A DNA stretch of 64,000 bases, taken from positions 3,224,001 through 3,288,000 of the forward strand of contig NC_043012.1 of assembly GCF_006345805.1 (NCBI RefSeq), read 5' to 3'. Origin of the DNA: Octopus sinensis (lineage: Eukaryota). Of this stretch, positions 11,901-25,785 are shown piece after piece. Made by a program: the position numbers and the translations under genes. Position 1 is the stretch's first letter; the number at the start of each line of letters is the position of its first letter. The notes under the pieces were generated by a model that was not told the DNA's origin, did not search any database, and worked only from the letters and a program-made list of their open reading frames with translations.

Positions 11901-14900
11901 CTCTGGTTTGCAAGCTTTAGTCAAACTGTCCAACCCATGCCAGCATGGAAAATGGACATTAAAGAATGATGATGATGCTATAATAGTTTATACAAACATG
12001 GTTGTGTAACTTGGTTAAGGATAAACACTTTATTTGACATCAATACATAAACACTCTTACATACTTACACATAACAACAAGAACAACACAAAAGTAAATC
12101 AGTTTAAACAGAGTCACTCACTGTTTCATTTCAACAGCTTTGTCACTGTCAGCAAAAAGAGAAAAGTTTTCTTCCAGGTTTTTCACAACACTATTCATAA
12201 TTCCCATTGTCTGAAAGAAATTGAAATTCCCAAAATTGTTCTTATTCTTTTCTCATGGTTTTAGTTTTACTGCTGTAGACGTTTAAGACAGTTGATTTTC
12301 TAATAATTCTTGAAAATATGATTCATGTTATCTCCTCATTTTAACAATTCTCACAACATCTACGGTCTACATTGGTCTTCTGACAGAAGCTAGTTGTTGT
12401 ATACTATCTCTGCTTAATGCCACATGAAACACCTCCTCTTGTCACACCTACTGTATCTTTTCTTTAAGAGCTGCACTAACCATTCAGTCCAATAGCTTTC
12501 CCAGTGAACCAATAATCTGGAATTCATTTCCTACCCTTCCTTTCCCATCAGTCATTGAATTACTGAAATACATTAATACCTCAGGTCGTTGAAAGCCAGC
12601 AAACATTTGTAAAGATCAATCCTCCTAATTAGGCCATTAGAAAAAAGGTATATTAATTAGTTGAATCAAATTCATTCTCCCCAACACAATTATAAAGTTA
12701 TGTAATTGACATAAATAAATGTGGTGAAATCTTATGATGAAAATGTATATCTTATAGGCTTTTATTAAGTCAATGTGTCAGCATTGAAGACTTTCTCCAT
12801 ATAGTATATGGAAAATAAGCTTGGTAGCAACAATATCTGAGTTTGCTGTAAAGAGGAGTCTTGCCCTGACACAACAGATGCTCTTTGTAAAACTATTAAC
12901 ATTATGATTTGTTAGATAATTACAGCTTATTACCTTTAACCAAAGCTATAGAGCCTCTTGTTTATCAACTAATGATTCAAGGAAAGGAAAAATAATATTT
13001 AAATGTATTAACAACATATTTTTAATTTAGAATAAGAGGAATATAATTTTCATTAAAATTAAGACTATATGAAATTAAATAGAATTGATCTTACCTGTTT
13101 TAAGTGACTGGTACTGAAGGTTGGGAGTAGTACAGTACGGGTAAATTTCCAATGATTGTCTTTGAGAAAACTTATGAATCGATCACTAATTTTGTTTTGT
13201 GGCAATACATCCTATAAAGAACATGTGACATCTGATCAAAGTGAACACACCATGAAGAAGACATTACAAAGAAATAATTCCATCTTACTTTGAAATGAAA
13301 ATAGAGAGAAAAGAGGAGAAATATGTCACATTTTGTGGGGAAAATGAGAAAAGTCAAAAAGATTTCTGAATCTGCAAATCAAATTTTGGTGAGGATAATC
13401 CACTGACAAACAACATTGTCAGTGAATAAAATCTTTTTGCATTGGTAAAAGCTATAGTCATATTAGCTTAATAACCAAGTAATTGAAAATCAATGATCCT
13501 GGTAATTGATGAGGACCTAGAAATTAACCCATTACCCTAGGGTCATGGCAAATGCTTTGTCATCTCAGACATGTACAAAGTTTATTCTAAGAACCATGAA
13601 TGATGATTAAACAATTTAGTGTTGTTGAATTTTATCAGCATTGCTATCAGAGATGATATGACCATGTTTACTGCTAGAAGTCTGGAGGGAAGCTTCAATT
13701 GATTCCATCAGCCTTTATCTTGAACAAGTGTAAAGAAAGATGTTTATGATAAATGCATGTTTATCATGGCCAGAGGATTATACATGTCATAATAATCCAT
13801 ACTGATATCCTCACTCACAAACACTTCTCGCCTGATACAATCATCCCATCACACTGATGCAATTGGGAGAGGAATTGAATTTTCACAAGTGTAACTTCAG
13901 TTACTCTCATCCCTGGTAATTACTATGATCAACACACAAATCCTCCACATACACTTGATGTTTCTTTCATTTACAAACCCAACCTCTGCCATATCAGACA
14001 CTAACTTTGTATCAATTTAGTGGTAAGAGAATTATATATCTCATAATAACCCATAATAATCCATCATCACTCACAAATACTTCTTGGTTCTCACATTCAT
14101 CTGAATATGCTGATAATGCTAGTGGAGTAACTGAATATTTTACATTTGTAAATCTTTTACATCAGTTAGTTTTGTCTTCAACAATTGTCTCTTTTCAACA
14201 CGTGAATACTTCAAGTACCATCAATTTAGTTTTCAGCCACACGCCCAACCACTGCCAAACCAAAATTGACTCTGTTCCCATCTCAAGGCAAGGTCTCTTC
14301 CTTATCACAACTACCCATTACATATCTATGTACTATGCATCTATCCTCAGATCTCCAACTCCATAACATTTCAAGTCAACTGGTTCTACAATTCATATTC
14401 TAAATATGCATGATGACACATGTACTTGTAACCTATCAGAAACAACTCATCTTTTCACTGAAACCATCTTCTTCAGTATATTTCTCCACATCCCACACGC
14501 AACGAAATTTCATAATTTTAAGTACCCAAAATCATTCACTCATTTTGGGCTATGCCACAGAATTTCAGCAGAGAAAATGACCTAGGCACAAACAGAATGG
14601 AAACTCTCATAATCAACAGACTTCTCCAACATGAATATCTCTCACTCCTTATTTAACGTTTGTGCAGTTTTCTTATGGCCAACTCAATGGGAGAACTTCC
14701 CTCTTATGCTATTCAGCTGTAGGTCCACATCTTATTGAAAATCTGTTAATGAGGCAAGAAAAGAAAGCTTATGTTATTTAGATGCATGCCTGGATGTAAA
14801 ACATCTTAAATTTTAAAAAGTAAACTTACGTATCTGTTTGTAAATACAGCAAATTGTTTGATGCAAATTTCTTTAACCATTTCTGGGTCACTGATGAGTA

Positions 14901-17900
14901 TATGAGGTTGATTACAAATGTAAAATCTGTAAAAGTAAGAAAACATAGGAAAATTACAATTCAAATTTTCATATCTGTTCACAAAATTGCATTGTATATC
15001 TTCCGGAACTTATAACATGATTGGTTTTTGTGTCGACAGGATGGACAGTAAAATGTCCACAACACTATCTGCATCAAAAAAAGTGACTGTTAGCATATTT
15101 AAAGTTGGAAATAAAACAATTAAGAAGAAATAACTATAAAAGAATAGAAGAAAATATTTACTAAAGATTAAAATTAAATGAAATTAAATAAAGCTACATT
15201 TCTAATGGAACAACAACGATCAATGATTAATAGAAAATATGAGAGAAACAGAGATATCACTGGCAATACAACTGCACTGGACACATGGTCATAAATCCCT
15301 GACACTGTTACCAAATATGTAAGGACATGCATGTGTATGTATGTGGTGTGCATGTGTTTATGATCCTGTGAGTGTGGAAGCATTCCAGTATGTATATGTA
15401 TCCAGGCTATGGACAAGGAGCCAAATCAGGCACTGCAGTTGATGTGACCAGCCACATTAACACTGACACACACACACACACACTGAGAAAGGCTAAAGAG
15501 CTAGAAGCGTGCATGTGGGAATCTGCTAGATGGAAGCACTGAATTGATATGGTGTTTTTACACCTTTTATCATAAGAGAGAATTATTTTCCTCCATGGTG
15601 ACTGCAGTGAATTTGCCTTTTGAAGCTGAAATATGTGGCAAAAATATTTTAACTAAATTAAGGTTCATCTATTCCTAATCACTGCCTCGTGCTGATACTG
15701 CTATTTTCATTCCATCCACTCGTGCAAGGTAGTCACTGATGTTCACTGCATTATTTGGTTAAAGCTATGGCTCTGAATTTGCCTAGGGTTATGTCTCTAG
15801 GGTATTTCCCTATTGAGGAGGGCTAAAGAACCAGAAAAGAGCCAGAAATGTGCTTATGATAAAAGGTTTTTACACTTTTAACATAAGAGAGAATCTTTTC
15901 CCCATTGCAACTGCAGTGAATTTGCCTTTGTAAGTTGGAATGTGTCACTAACATATTTTAACTATCCTAAAATTCATATTTATCTATTTTCATGACCCCA
16001 ATTGCACTTCAAGAGGAATAAACAATAAATGTACACACTTAGTCATCACATCAGAATGAGATATAAACTGTTTAAAATGTTCGTACCCTAATACTTTTCC
16101 ATATTTCTGTTTCATTTCTTTGTCAAACTTTGCCATTCCCTAAAAAAGAATAACTAAATTACAATTTCAATATAGAAAGGTTTAAATACTTGTTTTTTCA
16201 CTCCTCCAAGATAATATTTTTATGAATAGTTTTGTATTAATAAGCAAATCTAGTTTCATTTACATAAAGATCCAATCACAATATTATTATAAAGAAACAA
16301 AGTAAAGAAAAAAAATTAATGGAGTGGGAGGGATTAAGCAGCAGAAAATGGGTGTGTGGAGAACACTTCTGGAATAAAAGAGTACAATCAAATTCTGCCA
16401 CCATTGACTTTACATTTCACCCTTTTAGGGTTAATAAAATAGGTACCAATCAAACACAGGGGTTGGGGTGGGGGAGAATAATCGACTAATCCCTCCCCAA
16501 AATTACTGGCTTTGGGCCAAAATTTGAAATCAATATTATACACACACACATACACACACACTCACATATAAACCAAGAAAATGAAGAGTTTCTACTGGTT
16601 GGTAAATTTTAAAAAGTACAAAGAAGAAAATGCTCCAGTATGACCACAGCCATATGACTGACACGAATAAAAGAATACTATTTTTTGTAGCATTTGTAAG
16701 TTTCTTCATGGGATATCATGCGCTCAAATATGTGCATTTCTAAATTACAAAGTGTGTACAGCTCAAAATAACTGCAAATTGGGACCTTGAAATTTCCTTG
16801 AAATTTCCGTGGCTGATAAGGAAAATGCTAAAACTTATGTAAACTATTAAAATGTGAGAATTTGACATCTAACCAGTAACTGTTAGTGCATTGGTACACA
16901 TTGAATTCTAATTTATACTTTTGCACCAGAAATATACAATACAAGCGATGTGCCACTCTTCGTTGCGGCAACCCCCGCGTAAGTCTCCATGACCGAGGGT
17001 CGACGCTCCTTCTATAAAAAGTAACGACACACAGCGACAAGAGACTCGTGCAATTCGATCCTGTTCCATCTCTTTCTACAATTTTTCACTTTTTATTTTC
17101 ACTCTTTCACACAATAATAACGTCTGACTCTGACAGCAATACATCAGGTACTCAGTTGAAGCATCTTTCGAGAAAACAGACATTACATACAGCTAAACTT
17201 CATATAGATACTTAATGCTAGCTAATTAGCAAATAATCTTATGTAAAAGCCGTGCACAGCTCCATCTGGACTATTCCATTTCTGCACTTAAATTTTATTT
17301 TTTTATTTATTCCCATTCCTGTGAAACCACTTATTCAAGTTCAAGTCATTGATGCGATTTTATACCAATAGCTATTTTTACTTTTTTTATGTTACGATAA
17401 TATTATACTTTAGTTTGATTTTAATTATTACTTACTACATATAATTCAATTGTTATTGTGAAAGCATCTGACATAAAATAGAGAAATGTTTTTGTTTCAC
17501 TTTTAACACATTATACTGAAATAGTGGAGAAGATATGATATGGCTATGGGCTCGCTCTAGGTAAGAAGTTGAACATTTTTCTTGCCCATGAAACTACATG
17601 GACCCTAAGTAAGGCATCTGTAAAATTTGAATGAAATTGGTTGTGTAGTTCTCAAGTTTTAGGGAAACACACAGACAGACAGACACACATTCTCAGTTTT
17701 ATATATAGAGAGATATTCTAAGAATATGAGAAAGACTGATTTTCCATAATATTTATCCCCAGGGTGTGAAGTGAAGCCATTGCTTTTAATATTAAAACAT
17801 GGATCAAGGCAGTGACATGGCAGAATCATAACCATGCCAGGCAAAATGTTTAGTGGCATTTCATCTGTCTTCATGTTCCAATTTCAAATTCCAATGAGGT

Positions 17901-20900
17901 TGGCTTTGCCTTTCATCCTTTTGGGATCGATAAAATAAGTACAAGTTCAATGCTGGGATCGATGTAATCAATTCATCCCCTCCCCCGAAATTGCTGGCTT
18001 TGTACCAAAATTTGAAATCAATATTAAGACATGGATCAAGGCTGCAAGCTGGCAGAAACCTTACCATGCTAGGCAAAATACATTTCATGTGTCTTTATGT
18101 TCAGAGTTCAAATTCTACTGAGATTGATTTTGCCCTTCATCCTTTAAGGGTCAATAAAATAAGTACCAGGTGAACACTGAAACACTGGCTTTATGCCAAA
18201 ACTTGAAACCAATCTTAAGACATGGAGCGAAATAGAAAGGAAATGCGAGGTTGTAATTTCCTGTTTTCAATGAGGGCATAAGAAGTGTGAAAGGATGGAA
18301 TTGTTTGCAAGGGTGAAAACTTGTAATTTCCCTTCTGGATCATTGATACGTGCTTAAAAAATTCTTTTCAAATTGTTATGTAGGATGATGGAGTTCTATA
18401 AGTGAGGAAAAATGTCAAATTGAATTGTTCCCAGTGTATTACTGGTACTGATTTTACTGAATCAAAATGATAAAATACCAATCATTAAACCTTATTGTTT
18501 AAAGTAAAGAGTAAGATTATATAAAAATAACAAGAAATAAATAAAAAATATCTACTTTAATAAATGCCAAATCAACACCGACAACAATTATGTTTAGAAT
18601 GCTGAGAAACCAATCACAATGCAAAATTTTAACTACCGTATACACTCGCAGATAGGTCACACCCTTAGTTTGGGGTTGTCAAAGTAGGTCACACTATAAT
18701 CTGAGGAGTTACAATGGCCCCCTTTATAACGTAAATATAACTAATATTTCTTAAACATTATCAAATATACATCTTTATTTCAAAACTTTGCTTATAAATA
18801 TTAAAACATTTTGTGGAAGTGACTTTATGAAGGTAGTCTGATTGATAAATCTACTTCACCATTGATACACTGCCATCTACTTCAGATAAGTTGCAGCCCT
18901 GATTTTATCAAAATTTTTGGTAAAAATAGTGCAACCTATATGCAAGTATACATGATAACTTTTATGTCATTCAGCTATCTAAGTCTATCAAACAAGGTAC
19001 ACATAGGGTATGAAAAATTCCAATGCCACCTACCTTCTTCATGAGTTGTAACATATTTCCAAAAAAGAACCATGGCTCTGGGCCAGGAATATTGATGTTT
19101 TTGAAGTAATCATATGGTTTTTTTGCCAGTCTAATATGTAATTGAAAAAACATTGCATTTAAGATTATTGTAGATAAATACTGTTTATAAAATTTAGAAA
19201 TACTCGAACTAAAATAATTAAACTAGTTTATAATGGAATATAAAATAGATTCAATCATATAAATGCACTCACTGCTTTCGATTTGAGAAATGTTGAAATA
19301 TGAGATTTATCCATTGTGTTGTTTTAGAAGTGTGCACTTAGAATTTACAAAATCTACTGACATTATTAACCTATATCTTTCAGTGAGAAAGTGGTCTGTT
19401 CATAAAAATCTCAAAGTATTATTTGAGTAATGATAAGTCATCATCATTACTATTGCCAATTAAAGTTTGTTCTCCATGCTGGCATGGGTTGGATGTTTCA
19501 GCAGGAGCTGGCCAGCTACAGCACTTGCCAGTTGGAGGGCTGCCTGAACTTGTTTATCTGTTTTAGGCATGGTTTCTATGGCTTTACAGAGTGTACTGTG
19601 TGCTTTTAACAGGATACCGGCTCGAGTGCTCTTACATGGCACCGGCTTGGATGTTCTTACATGGCACCAGCTTGGATGTACATTTATGCAGTAGTGGCAC
19701 ATGTGTTTATATGTGGAACTTGGATGGGCACTCTTATGTGTCACTAGTACGGGTGCTTTTATGCAGCCCCAGCACCTGCGAGTCTGCGAGAGTAGGATCT
19801 CTTAGCTGAGAGACGGATGTAAAGGACAAGCCTGTATGTATGGATGGCCACAATTTTACTTAGCTTCATGCGTCTTGCCTAGCACAATACACTGCTTAAT
19901 GTCTCAGTCCCTTGTTGTCCCTTCAGTGAAGCCCAACATCTGAAGATCCTTTCTCAAAATTTCATCCCACATGTTCCTTCCTCAGTTAGAGATTAGCAAT
20001 TCTTGATGCAGCTGTCCTCGTCCATATGCATCATATGTCCATATCAGCACAATCTTATCGTTCACTACATCTAATGTTTTATATACCCAACTTTTTTTTC
20101 CAATCACTTACACCATCATACATGCACACTGACATTACCCATCCAGCAGAGTATGCCGGATTCATTTCACGTGTTGTCAGTGGTCACAGCCCATGTTTCA
20201 CTGCCATGTGGTACACTGGATTTCAAGGATTGCCAGAATGTTCTGAAATGTTTCTCAAACAGACTTCTTTCATTGGATTTATAATTTCCAACCATCTACA
20301 ACAGGTATTTTTTGAGTAATTCGAATATATTTCGACATATACATTAATTCTTGCTTTAAGAGTTTAGACAGTAGCTAAAATGAATGTTAGATAAATACAT
20401 AGGTACAGTGCTGGCCTATAATGGATGAAATTGTTTAAAGAAATGCAAAACATTAGCTTCTAACTTCTCTCACAAAAGTCAAGACAAAACTGTTTATAAA
20501 CTAGTGTAGTATCATGACAGGGTATTTTATGCTCAACAGCATGTTTGATATGCATATTATATAGTAGAAGATTAGCATATTCAGAAGGCTCATCATCGTT
20601 TAACGTCCGCTTTCCATGCTGGCATGGGTTGGACGGTTTGACTGAGGACTGGTGAGCCAGAGACCACACCAGGCTCAATCTGATCTGACAAAATTTCTAC
20701 AGCTGGATGCCCTTCCTAACGCCAACCACTCTGAGAGTGCAGTGGGTGCTTTTACGTGCCAGCAGCATGAGGGCCAGTCAGGCGGTTCTAGCAACGACCA
20801 TGCTCAAAAGGTGTTTTTATGTGCTACTCACACAAGAGCCAGTCCAGCGGCACTGACAAAGACCATGCTCGAATTTTGTTTTTCATGTGCCACCAGCACA

Positions 20901-21535
20901 TGTGCCAGTAGAGTGACACTGGCAATGATCACACTCGAATGGTGCTTTTCATGTATCACTGACATAGGAGCAAATTCATGGCCCTGGCAACGATCATGCT
21001 CAGATGCACTTTTAACATTCCACTGACACGAGTGCCAAGCAGTCAGTACTGTCATAAACACAGATAGCGTAGACTCTTGAGTGCCACGATATGTCCTTAC
21101 TAATAGCGTTAGAGACCTAATGGAGAGAAATTTATTTTATCTTGGAATGAAATTTGCCCGTAAACTCCGTATTCTGTCGTGCATTGCAGTAAGAGGTGGA
21201 CAAAAGTGTGTAGAAAGTGAACTCATAGAATTAACTCTTAGAACATTTTAATAAATTAGCTTTTAAATTAGCTTATAAGTATAAACAATTAATTGATATT
21301 TAAAAATGGTCATAGTGAGTATAGAAACTTTAGTCGTAATGAGAATACAAATGCTTTAGTAATAACGTTAGTATAAATATTTTAGTAATTTAGTTGGTAA
21401 AAGATTTTACAATTCGAAGTTTGTGTAATTTTTTTCTGAATAAAAAGTTGATAAATTTACTTACATATATAATAGCAGAAGAACAATTGAGAGGAGAACA
21501 CAATTCGGTATAGTAAAGAAGCTGAGGGTATCCAT
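2280..21535 (-). CDS. CYP3A-like: Cytochrome P450, clan 3 (CYP3A-like), left copy; exons 1-12 open; exons 13-14 not in window
   Basis: Exons (minus): 21535-21465, 19130-19034, 16139-16087, 14926-14830, 13211-13095, 12210-12122, 11236-11088, 10164-10040, 9568-9439, 5422-5265, 4409-4321, 2417-2280. Frame is open throughout and splice sites mirror the right copy. Confidence 0.92.
3135..3600 (-). mobile_element. RTE-like LINE 3' fragment (mirror at ~53545-54010)
   Basis: PKDILYGEL...CKKDMK C-terminal RT-adjacent motif. Confidence 0.65.
4321..4409 (-). CDS. CYP left exon 11
   Basis: Identical to right (ELLR). Confidence 0.92.
5265..5422 (-). CDS. CYP left exon 10 (I helix, FLFASHFATSTEL)
   Basis: 158 nt, open frame through ATQPEIQQKVYDEV. 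Confidence 0.92.
5588..5910. repeat. (CT)n microsatellites with a duplicated ~45-bp unit
   Basis: Direct reading. Confidence 0.85.
6021..6878. mobile_element. Foldback/MITE-like element with ~170-bp imperfect TIRs (left arm only)
   Basis: 6021-6190 is the inverted complement of ~6712-6878; short internal repeats tggaaaagttcagga. Confidence 0.7.
8650..9260 (-). mobile_element. LINE RT fragment (mirror at ~49550-50180)
   Basis: Degenerate FCYLGDQVS...KVKGRLYDACV...LHG reading. Confidence 0.7.
9439..9568 (-). CDS. CYP left exon 9
   Basis: Identical to right, same GC donor. Confidence 0.87.
10040..10164 (-). CDS. CYP left exon 8
   Basis: 9 nt / 7 aa differences from right. Confidence 0.88.
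11088..11236 (-). CDS. CYP left exon 7
   Basis: 3 nt / 2 aa differences from right. Confidence 0.92.
12122..12210 (-). CDS. CYP left exon 6
   Basis: 2 nonsynonymous differences from right. Confidence 0.88.
13095..13211 (-). CDS. CYP left exon 5 (DVLPQNKISDRFISFLKDNHWKFTRTVLLPTFSTSHLKQ)
   Basis: Same length and splice sites as right; 12 aa differences. Confidence 0.92.
14830..14926 (-). CDS. CYP left exon 4
   Basis: Identical to right exon 4. Confidence 0.92.
16087..16139 (-). CDS. CYP left exon 3
   Basis: Identical to right exon 3. Confidence 0.9.
16942..17713 (-). mobile_element. Non-autonomous Helitron, intron 2 (left copy)
   Basis: 5' TC(TC)TATATATAAAA, (ctgt)n, 3' hairpin then CTTG|T. 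Confidence 0.7.
19034..19130 (-). CDS. CYP left exon 2
   Basis: Identical to right exon 2. Confidence 0.92.
21465..21535 (-). CDS. CYP left exon 1
   Basis: Identical to right exon 1. Confidence 0.9.
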
Positions 21536-22798
21536 TGTCTTAGAATTTGCTGATGAACGACTGTCAAAATCAATATAGAAAAGCTAACTACACAACTGTT
21601 TTCATCATATAACTAATGTCGGCTGTAATAAAGTTAACATCAAAGAAAAGTCAAAATAATATCGGATGAAAAAGAAAAAAAGATTGCTACTGAAGTATTT
21701 CTAATTTAAGCAGAAGGCTAGCGATTTTATGGAGAAGAGGTAAGTAATATAAACGACTTCAATACTTGACTGGTATCTCAATTTATCGAACCTGGAAATT
21801 TACTGTTAAACAGGGCTTGATTTGAATTCAGAACGTTAAAAAGCGATAATGGATATTGCGAGTTATTTTGCAGACGTTCACTAAAAATTAAATTAAAAAA
21901 CCAGTAACAATTTAAGGGCGTAGCTAAACTCGCAATTTGTTAAGCGACGTACAACCCGTCACTCCACCCAGCCATTTAAAACCCTCCCCTTTCTTTTTCT
22001 TTTTCATAGTAATTTAATTGTGATTCAAATTACGTAATTAAAATTACAGTATATTTGCAAAGCGAGTTTTTTTTAAATCCTCCAACTTAGTAAAGAATGT
22101 TGTGACCTGAACTGCTTAATGTTATCTAAATAATATTATATACTGATATAGACGGTGGCAGGTCAAAGAATCTGCAAATAGAGATTAGAGATAGGAGAGG
22201 AAATTTAACATACGAGAAAATACAGTAAACTGCAAAAGTATATTGAAAAATTTATACTATCAATTAATAAAATTCAAATATCAAATATAGTAAAGTCCAA
22301 AGTAAACGTTCGAGAGATCTTTTACCTGTCAGAAATAGTATCGAGGTCTCTCAAGTTTCCATCAATATCTATAAATCTGAAATGCAAAAAGTTTGTTTGT
22401 CTCGTTTTGGCATTTGAACAGGTTAAAGGGCACTGCATTGATTCCAAATTTAACAGGGACATGTAGAATGAGGTGAGGATGAGAGTGGGCTAGGTTAGAA
22501 ATCCATATCTTAAAAGGTGTGGTTATTAGGGCAAAAAACGCACACTTTGACAAGTCTTCTCCCATTCTTTTATGTGTCTGTCTTCCTCCGTTTCTCTCTC
22601 TTTCCTCCCTTCCTTTCACGTTCTCTCTATAACGTCGTTTGACAGTGTCTACTATCTTTCCCCCGCCGCCTTCACTCTTTTTTCCACATCCTCTCTCTCT
22701 ACGTCTGTCTGCATTCATAGAGAGAATTATTATCGCCACAAGAACCACACAATCATGAGAACAAATATTTTGTTGAATTTCTGCTGCTTTTAAATAAA

Positions 22799-22845
<47 letters not shown>

Positions 22846-24699
22846 GTGTGCGCATTATGTGGTCGGTTGAGCTAAAAATATGCACACCTATGTTAAAAGT
22901 GCTGGCGATTTTGCATGGCATCTATTTTTTTTCCTCAATTGAAAGGCGTGACCTCTAGGAAAAAATTCCTCATCTTATAAAATGTGGCTTGAGTAGACCC
23001 GAATGAAATCGGGTTATGTTAACCAAAATGTGAAAAGGGGTCTAAATGGGTCTGGAAGGGGATTCAAATTTACAGGAGCCGGTGTTTAGGAATTCTGTTA
23101 CATCAAGCTAAAAAATTTGCGCCAGCCTTTTAATCGTCAATGTGTTGCCGTCCATGATGAAGAAGTTTTGAATGCTTGCCATGGTGAGTCTACTGTCATG
23201 AGAAAGAATCACTTCAAAACTTGGTGTTTAGGAATTTTCTTTTACATCAAGTTCAAAATTTTACGCCAGCCGTTAAACTGCCACTACGTTGCTGTCCGTC
23301 ATTAAGAAATGCCAGCCATGGTGACTCTACTATCCTCAGATTCTATCCCTTCAAACTTTGGTTTCCAATATTTTATTATTTTTATTCAGCTCGCAAATTC
23401 TTCTGTCCCCTTTAAATGTTAGTGTTTTGCTGTCTGCCTTGAAGCAGACTTTTCCGTTGTCACTGCCTGATATTTATGAATGATCTTCCAAAATATTTCA
23501 TTTCTCAACTTACTCAAGATCTTTTGTTGTTTATAAATGGGAGAGAGATACATAGAGAAAGATAAAGAGTAAAAGAAAGCGAGGGAGAGTCCGAGAGAAA
23601 GGAAGAGTAAGAGAGTGGGAAAGTGAGAGAGAAAGGAGAGAGAAACAAAGAGGGAGAATGTGGTGATAAAAAAACAGGAAAGAAGCAACAGAAAGTAACA
23701 ACCACACTCTTACCCGTGCATAGGCTAGGCTATCTTTTAAAACGATAGAGTAGTTAAATAAATAATAAGGTTACAGTTATTCCATTTTCTGAATGAGGTT
23801 AGTTATAAATAGAATGTCAAAGATTACACTGGGGAACAATTTTTAACGTAATTTCTGTTGTTTGGTTTTTCACTTGATTTAGACCAAAGGTTTTCAGCGG
23901 GTCCATTGGGAGCTCGTGGTTGGGTTTTGGAGCAAAGGGGCGCTAGGGGGCGTTAAGAGATTTGGGCGGGGAGGGGGAGACTACTGGGGTGCCGAAAGTC
24001 CCTTCTACTTATTTTCACATCTCTGTGACAATCAGTTTTTAAAATATACCAGCCTTATATTGGAAATTTTCAAAAACTTAAAAAACACTTTTTCCACTTT
24101 GGCGACACCAAGCAAAATCCTGGTACCATGTGTAACCGGTGTTGCTAGAGTGAAACGCTCAAACCGAAAACAAAAACTAAAAAGATATGAATAGTGACAG
24201 ATGACTAATAGAAAAAAAGCAACGAATAAAAGCAAAAAACTGAATGTATGTGTTATGTGTATGTTTGTGTGTAAATATATAAAGAATGGTGGTCAGAATT
24301 TTAAACGAAACTGGCTTTTGGGAGTGGCTGATAGGTATGTGGTTGTGTATGTGTATGTATGTATGTATGTATGGGTATGTTTGTATGTATATGACTGCGT
24401 GTATTGCCGATTTGAATTCCTTTCTGTGATTGAACTTAAATTGATCCCTGGCTATTAAAGGCCCAACCACACACACACATTCGTTTTAGGTTTTGTACCC
24501 ATTTGAACTGCGGCCATACACCAGATAACGTGGTAAGTTTTATGTTCCGAAATTTAAAGTCTGAATTTGTTTTAATTATAATATTGTACCTTAGCTAAAA
24601 AGGCATATTTTGGTTAATGTTTACAATATTACCACGAAACGAACAAAGAAGAATAAAAAAGTGCAACCGGCGTAAAAAGATGTGTATGAAACGAATATG

Positions 24700-25200
24700 A
24701 AAACAAAAATGTGCGCAAACCAGCGAGGGTGGGGACAGGACTTTTGGAAAATTCACAAGATCCGAGTTTTTTTCCCCAAAACTTTTAGGGTTAGTAAAAA
24801 CATTTTGTTTGTGATCCTTCAAAATTAACAGAGGTTGCTTAGGATCAAGTGGTTCTGTCTTCATTTGTAGGTTATATTTCTCCATGATTTTCATAGCCTC
24901 AATGTTGGCTTTCTTAAGTATTCTTTTATCAGCAATTTTATACTTTTTCTGAATTTCTTTTTTAAGTAATTCCAAATAATAGTCTTTATCAAGTTTGTAC
25001 AGATTTCCAGTCTTATCCAACATAGTATCCATAGAATTGATTTCTTTGGTGATGTTGCGAAGATACCCCAGATGTTTATTTCTTAGTGGTGATCGTTGAA
25101 AATTTACATTTCTCACAATGGACCAGAGATCATCTTCAAATTGCTTCAATCTTGGGTAATTTAGATAACCTGAATGAAATATTCTTAATTAAGTTCTTAG
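24700..25200 (-). mobile_element. Penelope-like element fragment (pre-RT region)
   Basis: FEDDL...DKTGNLYK...LKDHKQN resembles the region preceding Penelope RT. Confidence 0.65.
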
Positions 25201-25698
25201 TAATTGCTCTAGGATGATTACTAAATTTGCTAATGTACTTAAGATTGGTCAACGGTTTACGATATTTTTTCTAAAAATACTCTAGTAAACACGGTTATAG
25301 AGCGAGCATACAGATGTAAGCATTGGCAAAAACACACATTTAGTGCATATAAGTAATCTCTATAATTATATATAATTTAAACTTTAATTTCCTTTATATT
25401 TAACATTCACTATTGGTATCCATACTCTTTCTGTTAGCTACTTATGACGTTATATCATATAACGTTTTTTTAAACAATATTAATAGCGTTCTGTCAATCG
25501 CTAAACAAATCCATCATTTTTTGCTAAAATGTCGTATTGACGAGTTTCGTTTTTTTTCACTTTCCCGAAGAGAAGATTGCATTGTTTATACCATTTATTC
25601 TTTTGAATAGTATCAGTGGAATTTTCGAAACATGTGTCGAAAGTAAAAATATTTGATTTACACTGCGTTAAACTCCATTTATTTATTCATATATATAT

Positions 25699-25699
<1 letters not shown>

Positions 25700-25781
<82 letters not shown>
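25700..25781. repeat. (TA)n microsatellite
   Basis: Direct reading; also 22798-22843 and 51168-51212. Confidence 0.95.

Positions 25782-25785
<4 letters not shown>

Larger units (their letters stand above)
1364..23958 (-). repeat. Left arm of large inverted segmental duplication
   Basis: Reverse complement of 29611-55799. Mirrored identical ORFs in the track (17659-17874 = 39409-39624; 20026-20319 = 36977-37270). Arm-specific segments at 5486-7580 and 22353-23744. Confidence 0.95.

Noticed and set aside
20652-21026. 124-aa ORF and its 160-aa mirror (36162-36644)
   Set aside because: Lie wholly in a SINE-like repeat with no protein motifs; duplicated only because of the inverted arms.
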